Shown here in pieces: positions 10,207 through 21,200 of a stretch of 48,215 nt of DNA. The notes under the pieces are model-generated. The model saw only the letters and a program-made list of their open reading frames with translations. It searched no databases and was not told where the DNA came from. This DNA is from an uncultured bacterium (lineage in GTDB: Bacteria > AUK180). The stretch lies in the NCBI GenBank assembly GCA_937863565.1, contig CALMGJ010000011.1:186001-234215 (forward strand), given 5' to 3'. Position numbers and translations under genes: made by a program. Each line of letters begins with the position of its first letter. Positions within the stretch are counted from its first letter, which is position 1.

Positions 10207-10972
10207 AAGTATTCTCCCCGTCCTTCAATACGGCCGTCTCGACGCCGTAGACCTCTTTTACCATTTCCGCGGTGACAATATCCCCGGGATTTCCCTCTGC
10301 GGTCTTCTTGCCATTTTTTAAAAAGATCAACCTGTCGGAAAATGCCAGGGAAAGATTGATATCGTGCAGAACCGATATAATGCACAGTTCGTGCTCATCG
10401 CGTATCCTGTCAATGGTCTTCAGTATGCCGATCTGGTTTCTGATATCAAGATGCGAGGAAGGTTCGTCCAGAAGCATCACCGGCGCTTCCTGGGCTATGG
10501 CCCTTGCAATAAGCACCAACTGCAGCTGTCCTCCGCTTATCTTCGTATAGGGCCGGCCGGCTATATCCGATATGCCGGTTAAAGCGACGGCCGCGAGTGC
10601 CTTATCCTCATCCGCCTTTCCGGGCTGTTTCAGTTCGCCGAGATGGGGATTTCTGCCCGCCAGAACCATTTCGAAAACGGTGAACGGGAACATCGGTTTA
10701 TGTATCTGCGGGACGAAAGAGATCGTTTTAGCGATCTGTCTGAGAGGCATATGGGCAATATCATTTCCGAAAACGGAAATACTTCCCCCCGAAGGCCTGA
10801 TCGCTCTGGTGATAAGTCTTAAAAGAGTTGATTTCCCCGCAGCATTAGGTCCGGCGACGGTAAGCATTTCTCCCTTTCTTGCTTCTAAGGAAAATCCGTC
10901 AAAAATAATATTATCCCCGTATGAGAAGGAGATATTTTCGATATTAAGGGCGATCTCTCCGCGGGCCTCTAT
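10169..10972 (-). CDS. iron-complex ABC transporter ATP-binding protein
   Basis: GPNAAGKST, ISGGQLQ, LLDEP, VLHD motifs; the frame stays open upstream of ATG 10867 with IALNIENISFSYG, so the start is placed at ATA 10972 (uncertain). Confidence 0.88.
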   Translation of the reverse strand: MEARGEIALNIENISFSYGDNIIFDGFSLEARKGEMLTVAGPNAAGKSTLLRLITRAIRPSGGSISVFGNDIAHMPLRQIAKTISFVPQIHKPMFPFTVFEMVLAGRNPHLGELKQPGKADEDKALAAVALTGISDIAGRPYTKISGGQLQLVLIARAIAQEAPVMLLDEPSSHLDIRNQIGILKTIDRIRDEHELCIISVLHDINLSLAFSDRLIFLKNGKKTAEGNPGDIVTAEMVKEVYGVETAVLKDGENTYVAPHLKNNEKK

Positions 10973-11946
10973 CTGAAGATCTCCTCTATCTCCTTTTCAG
11001 AAAGGGCTATGCCGTAGACTCTTTCATAGAATTCCCGGGTAAGTTTTTTAATGTCTTCCTTAAAAAATTCCGGATAAAGGACCGACTGCATCCACAGTAT
11101 CCCGAGGACCGCCTCGGGCCCGGGAGTATCCCAGGAAATAAGGTAAAAGGGCATTCGTTTTATATTCCCTTCCTTTACCGCCCTGAGGCCGCGGTATGTC
11201 TTCGACCGCTTGATCTTTTTCAGATCCTCTTTGCAGTATGCGGCATTGAATATGAAATCGGGGTCTTTACGGTATACCTCCTCGAGAGAGATATTCACTT
11301 TTCCGCCCTTGAGCCCGGAGGTGACGCTGATGCCTCCGGCGGCGAGAACGAGTTCGTTCTGGAAAAAATCCGCTCCGAAAGTGGATAAAAAACCGCTGCC
11401 CGTCATATATACTTTCCTCTTTTTCTCTTCGGGGATAGAAGAGCGGTTCTTCGCGGCCCTCTCAAGAAGACCGCCCAGATATGAGACGATCTCGGCGGCT
11501 CTTTTTTCAGCATTAAGCGCCGATCCCATAAGAAAAAGAGTGTTCCTGATCTTGTCCAGTCCTTCGATCTCAAGAAAAAAAAGGGGCGCTCCGAGAGAGG
11601 ACAAACGGTCAGCCGCCTTGCCCGCGGTCGTGAAAATGATATCGGGCTTGAGCGAAAAGATCAATTCTATATCGGCATTATGCGAATTGCCCGCATCTAT
11701 GAGCTCCCTCATATGCGGGAAGGATCTTTTAATATTGCTGCCCCTTACACTGCTGGACGCCCTGGCGGCGACGAGAAGTTCAGTTTTCTGAAGAGCAAAT
11801 ATGAACTGCGAGACCATCGAATCCATGGAGACGGTCCTCGTTACCGTATCGGGAAGGGTCACATTATATCCGAAAGCATCCTTCATTTCCCTCGCACCGG
11901 CAGGGATGAGGAGGATAGCCAGGATCAGAAGAAGATATTTTCTCAC
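10969..11946 (-). CDS. iron-complex/cobalamin ABC transporter substrate-binding protein
   Basis: signal peptide; DAFG..VTLP..V.R.VS, E.I.SLKPDII, AVKEGNI, WDTPGPE motifs; first gene of the ABC operon. Confidence 0.88.
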   Translation of the reverse strand: MRKYLLLILAILLIPAGAREMKDAFGYNVTLPDTVTRTVSMDSMVSQFIFALQKTELLVAARASSSVRGSNIKRSFPHMRELIDAGNSHNADIELIFSLKPDIIFTTAGKAADRLSSLGAPLFFLEIEGLDKIRNTLFLMGSALNAEKRAAEIVSYLGGLLERAAKNRSSIPEEKKRKVYMTGSGFLSTFGADFFQNELVLAAGGISVTSGLKGGKVNISLEEVYRKDPDFIFNAAYCKEDLKKIKRSKTYRGLRAVKEGNIKRMPFYLISWDTPGPEAVLGILWMQSVLYPEFFKEDIKKLTREFYERVYGIALSEKEIEEIFR

Positions 11947-11951
11947 GGATA

Positions 11952-11980
11952 ATTATACAAAAAATCAGAAAAAATGCGAA
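11952..11980 (-). promoter_or_regulatory. sigma70-type promoter, leaderless, for the ABC operon
   Basis: TTCGCA (11980-11975), 17 nt, TATAAT (11957-11952), 5 nt before GTG 11946. Confidence 0.5.
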
Positions 11981-12051
11981 AAACAGGGAATGCGGCAGGA
12001 GGGGAAGTCCGGTCCTGGGAGCGCCGCCTGTTTTCATTATTTTGCGGCACG

Positions 12052-12060
12052 TGTTATAAT
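12052..12060 (+). promoter_or_regulatory. extended -10 promoter, leaderless
   Basis: TGTTATAAT 6 nt before ATG 12067; no Shine-Dalgarno. Confidence 0.55.
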
Positions 12061-12066
12061 ACCATA

Positions 12067-12768
12067 ATGGAAAAAGTTCTTGTTGCGGTTTTAAAGTGCC
12101 CGGAGGATCTTGATATCCTGCTTCGGGAAAAATGGTACCGCATACCTATTAAATATGCGCCTAAGCGGGAGTACAGGGTGATCGCCTTCTATCAGAACGC
12201 CTCTTTCGGAGCCCGGGCAAAGAGGATCGAATACTACGGCATCACGGGCAGAACGGAACTATGCAAAAGGGGAGAACTCGTGAAGGACGGGCTTCGTCCC
12301 GATGAAAAATATATCAAAGTGCAAATTCTGAGGACGGTAAAACTCAAAAAACCCGTGATAAACAGAACAGGAATGCGCGTCCTTTTCAAATATACGGTTT
12401 TTTCCAAACTCTATTCGAGCGCGGATATCGGAGAACTCTTCAATATACCCGATATAGACGGCCCGGTCGAGGATATGCTCAAAGCCCTCAGGATAAAGTA
12501 CAAAAAAGAATTCACGGTGACCCTGAAAAATAAAAAACGTTACCGCTTCGATTTTGCGCTTTTCACGGGCGGCCGCATTATCGATCTTGAATGCGATGGA
12601 GAGAAATGGCATGCCCTGAAAGCGCGCAGGCTTTATGATGCGGAAAGGGACAAAGCGCTCATTGCGGAGGGATACGAAGTGGTCCGCTTAAAAGAATCCG
12701 TGATCGTTGAAGCCCCGGACCTCTGCTTCAATAGGATAAAAGGGCTCATGCCGAAGGGACGGGCCTGA
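12067..12768 (+). CDS. DUF559/Vsr-like endonuclease with an N-terminal WYRIP domain
   Basis: C-terminal YRFDFAL..IDLECDGEKWH..DAERD..L..EGYEVVRL; N-terminal WYRIP..IAFYQ..IEYYG domain; start set to ATG 12067. Confidence 0.8.
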   Translation: MEKVLVAVLKCPEDLDILLREKWYRIPIKYAPKREYRVIAFYQNASFGARAKRIEYYGITGRTELCKRGELVKDGLRPDEKYIKVQILRTVKLKKPVINRTGMRVLFKYTVFSKLYSSADIGELFNIPDIDGPVEDMLKALRIKYKKEFTVTLKNKKRYRFDFALFTGGRIIDLECDGEKWHALKARRLYDAERDKALIAEGYEVVRLKESVIVEAPDLCFNRIKGLMPKGRA

Positions 12769-12935
12769 AGGCCGACCTTCAACCGGATCTTTTCCAGCCG
12801 CTCGCGGCAAAGGTGGAAGAAAACCACTCTCCCTTTATCCACACCCGCCTTACCACCCTTCTTACGCAGATTGAGGAGGAATTGAAGAAATAAAACCGAT
12901 CCTTACTTTCATTGTAAAATTAAAAGGAAAATGAT

Positions 12936-14927
12936 ATGATAAATCGTAGAATGAATAGGTATTATTATTCGAATTCAATAAAGAATTTCATTAAAGAAGA
13001 TATAACAGAAATAATTGGACAATTAGCAATTAATAATGAGTTTAATCTGGAACAAAATCAAAGGGATGCGTGGATAGAAGAAATAAGAATTTTACGAACA
13101 GCATTAAGAACATTTGAAGGTAGTATTTATTTAGAATATTCAATCCCACGCATGGGGAAAAGAATTGATGCTGTAATTATAATAAAATCCATAATTTTTA
13201 TACTTGAATTTAAAGTAGGAGAAAAAGAATATAGTGCCCACGCAATTGATCAAGTCTATGACTATGCACTTGATCTTAAAAACTTCCATGAAGAAAGTCA
13301 CAGTCAATATATTGTCCCAATATTGATAGCAACAAATGCAAATAATGTAAAGCAAGAAATCGCATTAAGCGATCATCAAGACAAAACATTCATTCCGATT
13401 AAATGTAATCAGAATACCCTAATCGGAGTAATGGAATACATTTGTAAAATGGACGATGGCAATAATATTGATAGTAGAAGGTGGGAGACCGGAAGATATA
13501 GTCCTACTCCAACAATCGTTGAAGCAGCAATGGCCCTATACAATGGACATTCCGTACATGAAATATCAAGAAGTGATGCTGGTGCGCAAAATCTTAAAAC
13601 AACAGCCCAAGCGATTTCTGATATAATCAACATCTCAAAAGAAAGATCGCAAAAATCAATTTGCTTTGTAACTGGAGTCCCGGGAGCAGGTAAAACTTTA
13701 GTCGGTTTAAATATTGCCACAAAAAATATCGATAAAGATAATGAAATGTATAGCGTATTTCTTTCGGGTAATGGACCCCTGGTATCGGTGCTCAGAGAGG
13801 CGCTCACACGTGATAAAGTAAAAACTGAACGGGAACGAGGTAAAAAAATAAAAAAAACTGAAGTGGCAAGTGAAGTTAAAATGTTCATCCAAAATGTTCA
13901 TCACTTTAGAGATGATTGTTTAGTTGATGATACAAAGGCCCCAATTGAACACGTAGCTTTATTTGATGAAGCACAAAGGGCTTGGAATATTGAACAAACA
14001 AGAAATTACATGAGAAGAAAAAAGAATATTTCTAATTTCGATATTTCCGAACCAGAATTTTTAATATCATGTTTAGATAGACATAAAGAGTGGGCAGTAA
14101 TTGTATGTCTTGTTGGTGGTGGTCAAGAAATAAATACCGGAGAAGCTAGTATTGGCGCATGGATTGAGGCTTTGAATAAATCATATCCTGATTGGCACGT
14201 TTATATTTCACCAAAACTAACAGATACAGAATACACTGCCTCAAAAGCATTAGAAAAAATCCAAAGTAGGGAAAATGTTAGTTACGATGAGAACCTCCAT
14301 CTTTCTGTTTCTTTAAGATCATTTAGAGCTGAAAAAGTATCCTTACTTGTTAAACAAATACTTGATATGGAAAAAGAGAATGCCAGAGAGACACTGAGGT
14401 CTATTTCATGTAATTACCCGATGGTATTAACCAGAAATCTTAAAACAGCCAAAAACTGGTTGAGAAAAAATGCGAGAGGCTCAGAAAGATATGGCCTTAT
14501 TGTTTCCTCTAATGCCGAAAGATTAAAGCCACATGCGATTGATGTAAAATCTCCGATTGATCCCATACATTGGTTCCTTGATGATAAAGGGGACGTAAGA
14601 TCCTCCTATTATTTAGAGCAAGTGGCAACAGAATTTCACATTCAAGGTCTAGAACTTGATTGGGCTTGTGTTACATGGGATGCTGATTTCAGATATACCG
14701 ATAATGGGTGGCTTCATAAAAACTTTTGTGGAGATAAGTGGAAAAATGTAGATAAAACATATAGAAAGACTTATTTAAAAAACGCGTATAGGGTATTGTT
14801 AACAAGAGCTCGTCAGGGCATGGTAATCGTTGTCCCAGAAGGGGACTTAGAAGACCCAACACGTAAACCGGAATTCTACGATCCAACATATTGTTATTTA
14901 AAAGATATCGGGTTCAAAATATTATAA
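12936..14927 (+). CDS. DUF2075-family (Schlafen group 3-like) SF1 helicase with N-terminal PD-(D/E)xK-like nuclease
   Basis: [21 protein letters not shown], Walker A GVPGAGKT, Walker [28 protein letters not shown]; visibly AT-rich relative to its flanks. Confidence 0.88.
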   Translation: MINRRMNRYYYSNSIKNFIKEDITEIIGQLAINNEFNLEQNQRDAWIEEIRILRTALRTFEGSIYLEYSIPRMGKRIDAVIIIKSIIFILEFKVGEKEYSAHAIDQVYDYALDLKNFHEESHSQYIVPILIATNANNVKQEIALSDHQDKTFIPIKCNQNTLIGVMEYICKMDDGNNIDSRRWETGRYSPTPTIVEAAMALYNGHSVHEISRSDAGAQNLKTTAQAISDIINISKERSQKSICFVTGVPGAGKTLVGLNIATKNIDKDNEMYSVFLSGNGPLVSVLREALTRDKVKTERERGKKIKKTEVASEVKMFIQNVHHFRDDCLVDDTKAPIEHVALFDEAQRAWNIEQTRNYMRRKKNISNFDISEPEFLISCLDRHKEWAVIVCLVGGGQEINTGEASIGAWIEALNKSYPDWHVYISPKLTDTEYTASKALEKIQSRENVSYDENLHLSVSLRSFRAEKVSLLVKQILDMEKENARETLRSISCNYPMVLTRNLKTAKNWLRKNARGSERYGLIVSSNAERLKPHAIDVKSPIDPIHWFLDDKGDVRSSYYLEQVATEFHIQGLELDWACVTWDADFRYTDNGWLHKNFCGDKWKNVDKTYRKTYLKNAYRVLLTRARQGMVIVVPEGDLEDPTRKPEFYDPTYCYLKDIGFKIL

Positions 14928-15155
14928 GAATTAATAATCTCTCCAGTTCCGATATTACGGCCATAATATATATTCAGGGAACAGGGATATATTTTTTATA
15001 ACTACCATATGCACCCGGCCATTCGTGCACCACAAATTAAAAATACTTGATTAAAACATAAAAAGCGGTACATTTATTCAAGCGGGAAAAGCATAGAAGA
15101 CCCGAAACGAGGACAAATATATGAGAAATGAGAAGACCCCCGCAGGGCGCGAAAA

Positions 15156-16454
15156 ATGACATCGGCCGCCAAATTAAAACCCCTTTACATAAAAAGCCTT
15201 ATTGCTAGAGGTGAATTATTTGCCGTGGCTGGAAATAATGCTCTTGCGGAAAAGGATATAAAAATAGCCATTGAAGAATCGAAAAAGACAGGTGCAGAGT
15301 ATTTTTTAGCGCTTGCATATGAAGTTCTCTGCGGAATAGACGGTTCAAGGGCGGATTTTATAAATTTAATAAAAAATGCCGAAATATCATTGTCTTTCTA
15401 TAAACACTTAAATAATCAAAAGGGCATTACATCAACGCTGACGGCATTAGGCCTGGGATATTTTTCATCCGGCAATTATCCCAAGGCGGTGGAATATTAT
15501 AATAAGGCATACCAACTTGCCAAAGATATCGGTCATAAGCAAATACAGTCCACAACATTGAATAATATCGGCGATATTCTTCTCACCACGGGCCGCGTAG
15601 AAGAATCTCTCGATCATTTCTTCAGATCACTGAAGATAGCCGTTAAAATAGATGACAAAGAAGGTATGATGCAGAACTATAATAATATCGGATCGGCCTA
15701 TATCAAGATTCGAAAATATGAAGAGGCCTTTCCTTATTTTGAAAAGGGGCTCACACTTTGCCGGCAAATAGGAAAACTTGTCGCCCAAGCCTTTCTTTTT
15801 TACAATATGGGGACTATCAGGGTAAATCAAGAAAGATTTCCCGAAGCAGTGCAATACATAAAGCAATCACTCTCTGTGGCAAAGACGGTGGGAAATACGA
15901 TGGTGGAGGGCTCTTGCCTCAATATGCTGGGTAATATTTATGCGAAGATGAAGAAGTTCGAAAAGGCGGGGGAGACGTATCAAAAGACCCGCGAGATATG
16001 GGATAAGATGTCCTATCCCAAGGGCATCGCGCAGACGGACCAGAACATCGCATTATTGAATTTTAGGTCGCGAAAATATGAAGAGGTCCTTGAACCTGCG
16101 GCAAAAGCGCTTGAGATATTTAGAAAGCTGGGTATCAGACATGAGATATACAAGACCCTTATATTCCAGGCAAGGGCACTTTTAAAATTGAAAAGGATCA
16201 AAGAAATCGGAAAGATCGTAACGGAATTGGAATTTATGGGGACCGAAAATATCCCGGCAGATCTCCTTTTAGAGGCAAGATTGGAGAGAATAACGATCAT
16301 TACAGAGGATTTAAAAGAAAAATTCGATAAGGATCTCCACCAACAAGCACGCGAGGAAATAAAAGAAATGCTCTCCTCGGGTAAATTAAAAGACTTTCCG
16401 GATCTGACAGAGATGGCGAATATGCTTTTGAAGGAATTGAAGGAACTAAAATAA
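15156..16454 (+). CDS. stand-alone tetratricopeptide repeat protein
   Basis: tandem ~40-aa TPR units (LNNIG, YNNIG, LNMLG..A..Y..AL). Confidence 0.88.
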   Translation: MTSAAKLKPLYIKSLIARGELFAVAGNNALAEKDIKIAIEESKKTGAEYFLALAYEVLCGIDGSRADFINLIKNAEISLSFYKHLNNQKGITSTLTALGLGYFSSGNYPKAVEYYNKAYQLAKDIGHKQIQSTTLNNIGDILLTTGRVEESLDHFFRSLKIAVKIDDKEGMMQNYNNIGSAYIKIRKYEEAFPYFEKGLTLCRQIGKLVAQAFLFYNMGTIRVNQERFPEAVQYIKQSLSVAKTVGNTMVEGSCLNMLGNIYAKMKKFEKAGETYQKTREIWDKMSYPKGIAQTDQNIALLNFRSRKYEEVLEPAAKALEIFRKLGIRHEIYKTLIFQARALLKLKRIKEIGKIVTELEFMGTENIPADLLLEARLERITIITEDLKEKFDKDLHQQAREEIKEMLSSGKLKDFPDLTEMANMLLKELKELK

Positions 16455-16702
16455 TAAAAAGAAGAAAGTTAAATAAAAGGCTTTATTAAATTCGATAAAG
16501 ATCATCTGTATAATTAAAACTAAACACCGATACTTCGCAAAGCAAAACACGAAAAAACAGGGCTATTCTGCACAAAAAATAGGCAGGTTATCATCACAAT
16601 AAAGAACTTCCGGCGCAAATCGGCGCTCATTGGAGTAAAAAATCTTCTTTTCACATACATTATAATATGGTACAGAAAGCAGAGGCTTTCAGGGAGGTTA
16701 AA

Positions 16703-17038
16703 ATGGCTGATGAAAGAGACAATAATGAAGGAAAACACAAAGATCAAAAGGGTCCGGGTGAAGAATTAAGAGAACAGGCCAAGGTGGCGGTCTACAGCAA
16801 TACCGAGGGGGACAAGATCGTGCTTTTGGGATATGACAGGCGCTGGTCAAGAGAGAGATGTTTCCATTATGCAATAGAGCACGGCTTTCTGTCATATGTC
16901 ATAGCATTTAGTGACAGCGGTGCAAGGTGCGTAACATTCTCTTACATCTCCAGAAATTACGATAATGCGGGATACATAATACCGCTCAATGGTTACGACT
17001 GGTATTTTGAAGTATACAATGTTGATGAGGAATATTAA
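16703..17038 (+). CDS. hypothetical protein (111 aa)
   Basis: GGGAGG RBS before ATG 16703; TATAAT at 16661-16666; no family recognised. Confidence 0.7.
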   Translation: MADERDNNEGKHKDQKGPGEELREQAKVAVYSNTEGDKIVLLGYDRRWSRERCFHYAIEHGFLSYVIAFSDSGARCVTFSYISRNYDNAGYIIPLNGYDWYFEVYNVDEEY

Positions 17039-17072
17039 GAAAGTTCGACCCGCCCGTCTTCTCTGTTTTAAT

Positions 17073-17268
17073 AGGGACGTTGGTTGACATTGTTGACATA
17101 TTTAGAGCAGATATACCGATATATAGGCAATAACATCATATTGATGTCAAATGGTGATTTTCTTCTGCAGGGTGCCTTGCAATGATCTTTCTCTATATTT
17201 ACCTCTCTCTTGGGCATCTGGCTGAGGGGGCTCCTGTTATTTTGTCAACAATGTCAACCAGCGTCCCT
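17073..17268. repeat. ~196-bp element with 28-bp terminal inverted repeats (MITE/REPIN-like)
   Basis: AGGGACGTTGGTTGACATTGTTGACATA (17073-17100) matches the reverse complement of TTTGTCAACAATGTCAACCAGCGTCCCT (17241-17268) at 26/28 positions. Confidence 0.75.
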
Positions 17269-17386
17269 GATATTCATAAGCGTTAATCCATCAAGGGGTC
17301 GACTGATACGGCTTGATCAAGGACATACACGGTTCGACGATTGCGCAATTGCGCAACTATGCAAATGTAAATACGGACAGACGGTT

Positions 17387-17415
17387 TTGACAACGAGCGG
17401 ATAAGTTGTTATAAT
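17387..17415 (+). promoter_or_regulatory. consensus sigma70 promoter
   Basis: TTGACA 17387-17392, 17 nt, TG-T-TATAAT (-10 at 17410-17415); AAGGAG RBS follows. Confidence 0.85.
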
Positions 17416-17438
17416 GAACTCGAAAAGGAGATGCCTTT

Positions 17439-18161
17439 ATGCTATGTCCACACTGCGGATTCAATAATACCGATGAAACGGCGGAGTTATGCATCAATTG
17501 TAGGAAAAAACTGAAAGGCAGGCCGAGCGCCCGTGACGGGGAAGCGCCGTTGGGGACATCGGGCCGGGGCTTCTCGCCGAAAGAGGCCATCTCTTCCGGC
17601 TGGGAGAAGATGAAAGAGAATATAGGGATATTCATACCGCTTGTTCTACTCTCGCTGATAGCAACTGTCATAGATCGGTTCGTTATCAAGGAAACAAGGG
17701 CGGTCACGCTCTCGATCGACTGGCTCAGCTGGCTCGTGGATATAATCGTTTATATTGCCGCGATCGGTGTATCCCTGAGAACATACAGTAATGAAAAGGC
17801 ATCAATATCCGATATGTTCTCCGCATTAGACCGCTTCTGGGACTATCTTCTCGGACATATCCTCTACGGGCTCATCGTTCTGGGCGGCCTGATACTGCTG
17901 ATAATCCCGGGCATCATCTGGTCGGTCAAATTCATATTCACACCGTTTCTGATAATCGATAAAAAAATGAACGCACCCGATGCATTGAGGGAAAGCGCGA
18001 GGATCACCGAAGGGTATAAATGGCAATTGTTCATTCTGGGGTTGCTCCTGATCTTGATAAATATTGCCGGCGCGCTTTGCCTCGGGATAGGCCTTTTCGC
18101 TACGATACCGACGACCTGGCTTGCAATGACATTCGTTTATAGAAAACTGACCGCTGAGTAA
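17439..18161 (+). CDS. zinc-ribbon membrane protein (DUF975-like)
   Basis: N-terminal CPHCG..CINC; several TM helices; LLIIPGII, ALRES.RITEGYKW, GALCLGIG motifs. Confidence 0.8.
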   Translation: MLCPHCGFNNTDETAELCINCRKKLKGRPSARDGEAPLGTSGRGFSPKEAISSGWEKMKENIGIFIPLVLLSLIATVIDRFVIKETRAVTLSIDWLSWLVDIIVYIAAIGVSLRTYSNEKASISDMFSALDRFWDYLLGHILYGLIVLGGLILLIIPGIIWSVKFIFTPFLIIDKKMNAPDALRESARITEGYKWQLFILGLLLILINIAGALCLGIGLFATIPTTWLAMTFVYRKLTAE

Positions 18162-18278
18162 AGATAGAGAGTTTAATCCATTATCTGATGCGGTTAATGG
18201 CGATTAACAAATAATGAAAGCGGATAATAGCCGGAGAAAGTACCCATTGATAAAGCCAGCCCAAAAGGGCCGCCTTTT

Positions 18279-21200
18279 ATGTTATCCACGGACTGCAATT
18301 CATCAATGAAAAAATTGATCACCAGCTTCATACACGATAATTATAAGGCCGGGAAAAAAAGCGGCTCATTTTACGGGTCCGTTCTTTCTATTGATATTAC
18401 GGGCTTCACCGCACTGACAGAACACTTGTTTAAAAAGGGGACCGAAGGCGCGGAACTTCTTTCCGATATAATAAACACTGTTTTCGAAGAGACGATAGAG
18501 GCGGTCTATAAAGAGAATGGTTTCATAACAACATTTGCGGGAGATGCCTTCACGGCGATTTTCCCCGATGACGATCCGGCAGCCGGCCGGGCAATTCGCG
18601 CAGCCGGCAGGATGAACGGATATATAATATCGCTGAAACCTTTCGCTGCCGGCCGGCGAAAAGTGAAGATCACTGCAAGGATCGGCATCGCATCTGGAAA
18701 GGTCAAGTGGAATATATTCTGCGGGAAAAGGCAATGTGTCCCTCTTTTTTCGGGAAAGCCGATACAAGAAGCCGCTCTTCTACAGAGCAAGGCCATACCG
18801 GGAACGATAGGGTTTGGCCCTCCGGGAAAAACGCTTGAAGTAAAGAGCAAGGAAAGGAAGATAACAAAAATACGGGGATCTTCACGCGCATTGACCGCGG
18901 AGATACTGAAAAAATTCATTCCGGACCCCATTTTGTTCTTCTCATCACCCGGAGAATTCAAGAACATCACTTCGGTTTTTATCGCAGTGGACCACGAAAG
19001 ATACGAGATCTCCCGATTCATTTCTTTCGTTTCAGACCTTGCCATTAAACACGGCGGAATACTCAATATGGCGGAATTCGGGGACAAGGGAGCGGTCTGC
19101 CTGGTGATCTTCGGAGCTCCGCTCGCGATCGAAAAACATTCTGTGAAAGCGCTCGACTTCGCTTTTGAACTGAAGAACAATTTTCCCGGGAACAGGATCG
19201 GCATCGCCGAAGGAACGGTCTTTTCCGGATTTATCGGGAATCCGAAATACAGGGAGGAGTATACCTCTTTAGGCTCTGTAGTTAATCTCTCAGCCAGGAT
19301 AGCCGTTGGAGCAGAACCCGGTAAACTCATAATAGACGGGAGAACGGCCGCATCCGTTTCTGATGAATATAAAATAACCGCCGGGCGGGAAATAAAATAC
19401 AAAGGTATCGACCGGCCGGTCACCGTACACGAAGCGCTTTCAAAAAAAAGCAGGGCATCTCATAAGGCCGGAACATACTTTGGAAGAAAAAAAGAGATAT
19501 CCGCTCTGAAGACCTTCATAGATGATATCGCCGGCGGGAAAAGGGCGGGACTCCGGATCATTGCGGGCCCGGCGGGAATGGGAAAAAGTTCGCTGGCCGA
19601 AAAGATCATTACATATGCGGAGAAAACCCTTAACAGCATACTGATGTTCAAAGGGAACGAATTCCGCGATTCGGAACTGTACGGCATCGCCGATTTTCTG
19701 ATGAAGGCCATCGGTCTCAGAGAAGACATGACATTGAATGAAAAGCAAACGCTTTTCGAGAAGAACTTTCCGCGCTTCACGGGCCGCGCTTTCGGCGGGG
19801 GCAAAGTACCCGCATCGGTCAAAAAGAATAAATTATTCATAGCCGACCTTCTCGGGATACCCCCGTCATCGCTTCAGGCAAGCGCGATCTCACCTTTTGC
19901 AAAGCACAGGATCATCCTCTCGGTATTAACTGAGATATTCGCCGCTTTTGCAGAAAAAGGGAAATGTCTTTTCGTGATAGACGATGCCCAATGGCTCGAT
20001 ACGGGCACGAAAAATCTTTTCGAATCTGTATTAAGCGTAGCTCAGGGTCATCTGCCCTCTTTTCTCATCATGACGAGAGAAAAGGCCCAAAGGGAGTTCT
20101 TCAGAACGAAAAGAGATATGACCACGGGTACGATCGATCTTGAGTGTTTGGGGCCGGAAGACATCCGCGGTCACGCCGGATCACTGATCTCGGGCGAACC
20201 CTCTAAAGAGCTCTACGGTTTCATAGCGAAAAGAAGCGGCGGAAATCCTTTCTATATCGAACAGATCTGCGAGTATTTGAAAGAGAACGGCCTTCTGAAG
20301 AACGTGAACGGAAAGACCTCAATGATCAAAAAAGATACCATGATACCCGCGGGGATAAGCGATCTTATCATTTCCCGCATCGATAAACTTGAGACCGAAG
20401 TGCGCAGGGGAGTTGTGGACGCATCGGTACTGGGCCTCGAATTTTCGCTAAAGGTGCTCTCCGAGATGCTCCGCATGAGGAATATTAAAAGCCTTCTTGC
20501 AGGCGGGGAGAACGAGAATATCTGGCGTCCCGCATCCGAACTGAACTACATCTTCCATCACGCGCTGATCAAGGATGCCGTGTATGGCACACAATTAAAG
20601 AAAACGTTAAGATCGCTCCACCTTCTTGCAGGGAAGGCCATGGAGAAAGTACACCGCGGAAATACGGCTCCCATCGCCGCCATTCTGGCCCATCACTTTT
20701 CCGTGGCCGACCTTAAGGAAAAAACCCTTCATTATCTCTTCGATGCCGCGATCTATGCAAAGAGCAATTACTGGAACGATAGCGCCATGAAGTACTTCGA
20801 CGAGTGCATGAAATATACGGATGATCCGGAGAGGATGATGTGCATCCTCCACAATAAAGGCGAGATCCTCGTTTCAATGGCAAGATATGCGGAGGCGACG
20901 GAAATATATTCTAATGCCTTTAAGATCGCGGAAAGATCCGGCAACAACATATACCTCGGAAAGCTGAGCAACGGCCTGGGAGACATTGCCTGGCGCCGGG
21001 GAGATTTCAAAAAAGCCCAAAAATACCTTGACAGCTCATTCAAGTATTTCAAATCGGGAAAAGACCGGTCCGGCGAGGCTTCCGTGAACGGTACGTTCGG
21101 AAATATCGAATTATCAAGAGGTAATCTCAAACAGGCGATGGCGAATTATAAAAAGTGGAGCGATTATGCGAAGGGGAATGACCTGCCGATGTACATAAAA

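Noticed and set aside
11947..12066. Cobalamin riboswitch upstream of the Fec/Btu-type ABC operon
   Set aside because: The -10 element is 5 nt from the start codon, leaving no leader, and no B12-box was recognised.
14940..15130. Possible mobile-element end after the DUF2075 gene
   Set aside because: No inverted or direct repeat matching the left boundary was found; only the composition shift is evident.
18171..18210. Imperfect hairpin (TTAATCCATTA...TAATGGCGATTAA) as an ncRNA or attC site
   Set aside because: Short, single copy, no integrase nearby and no U-tract; no function can be assigned.
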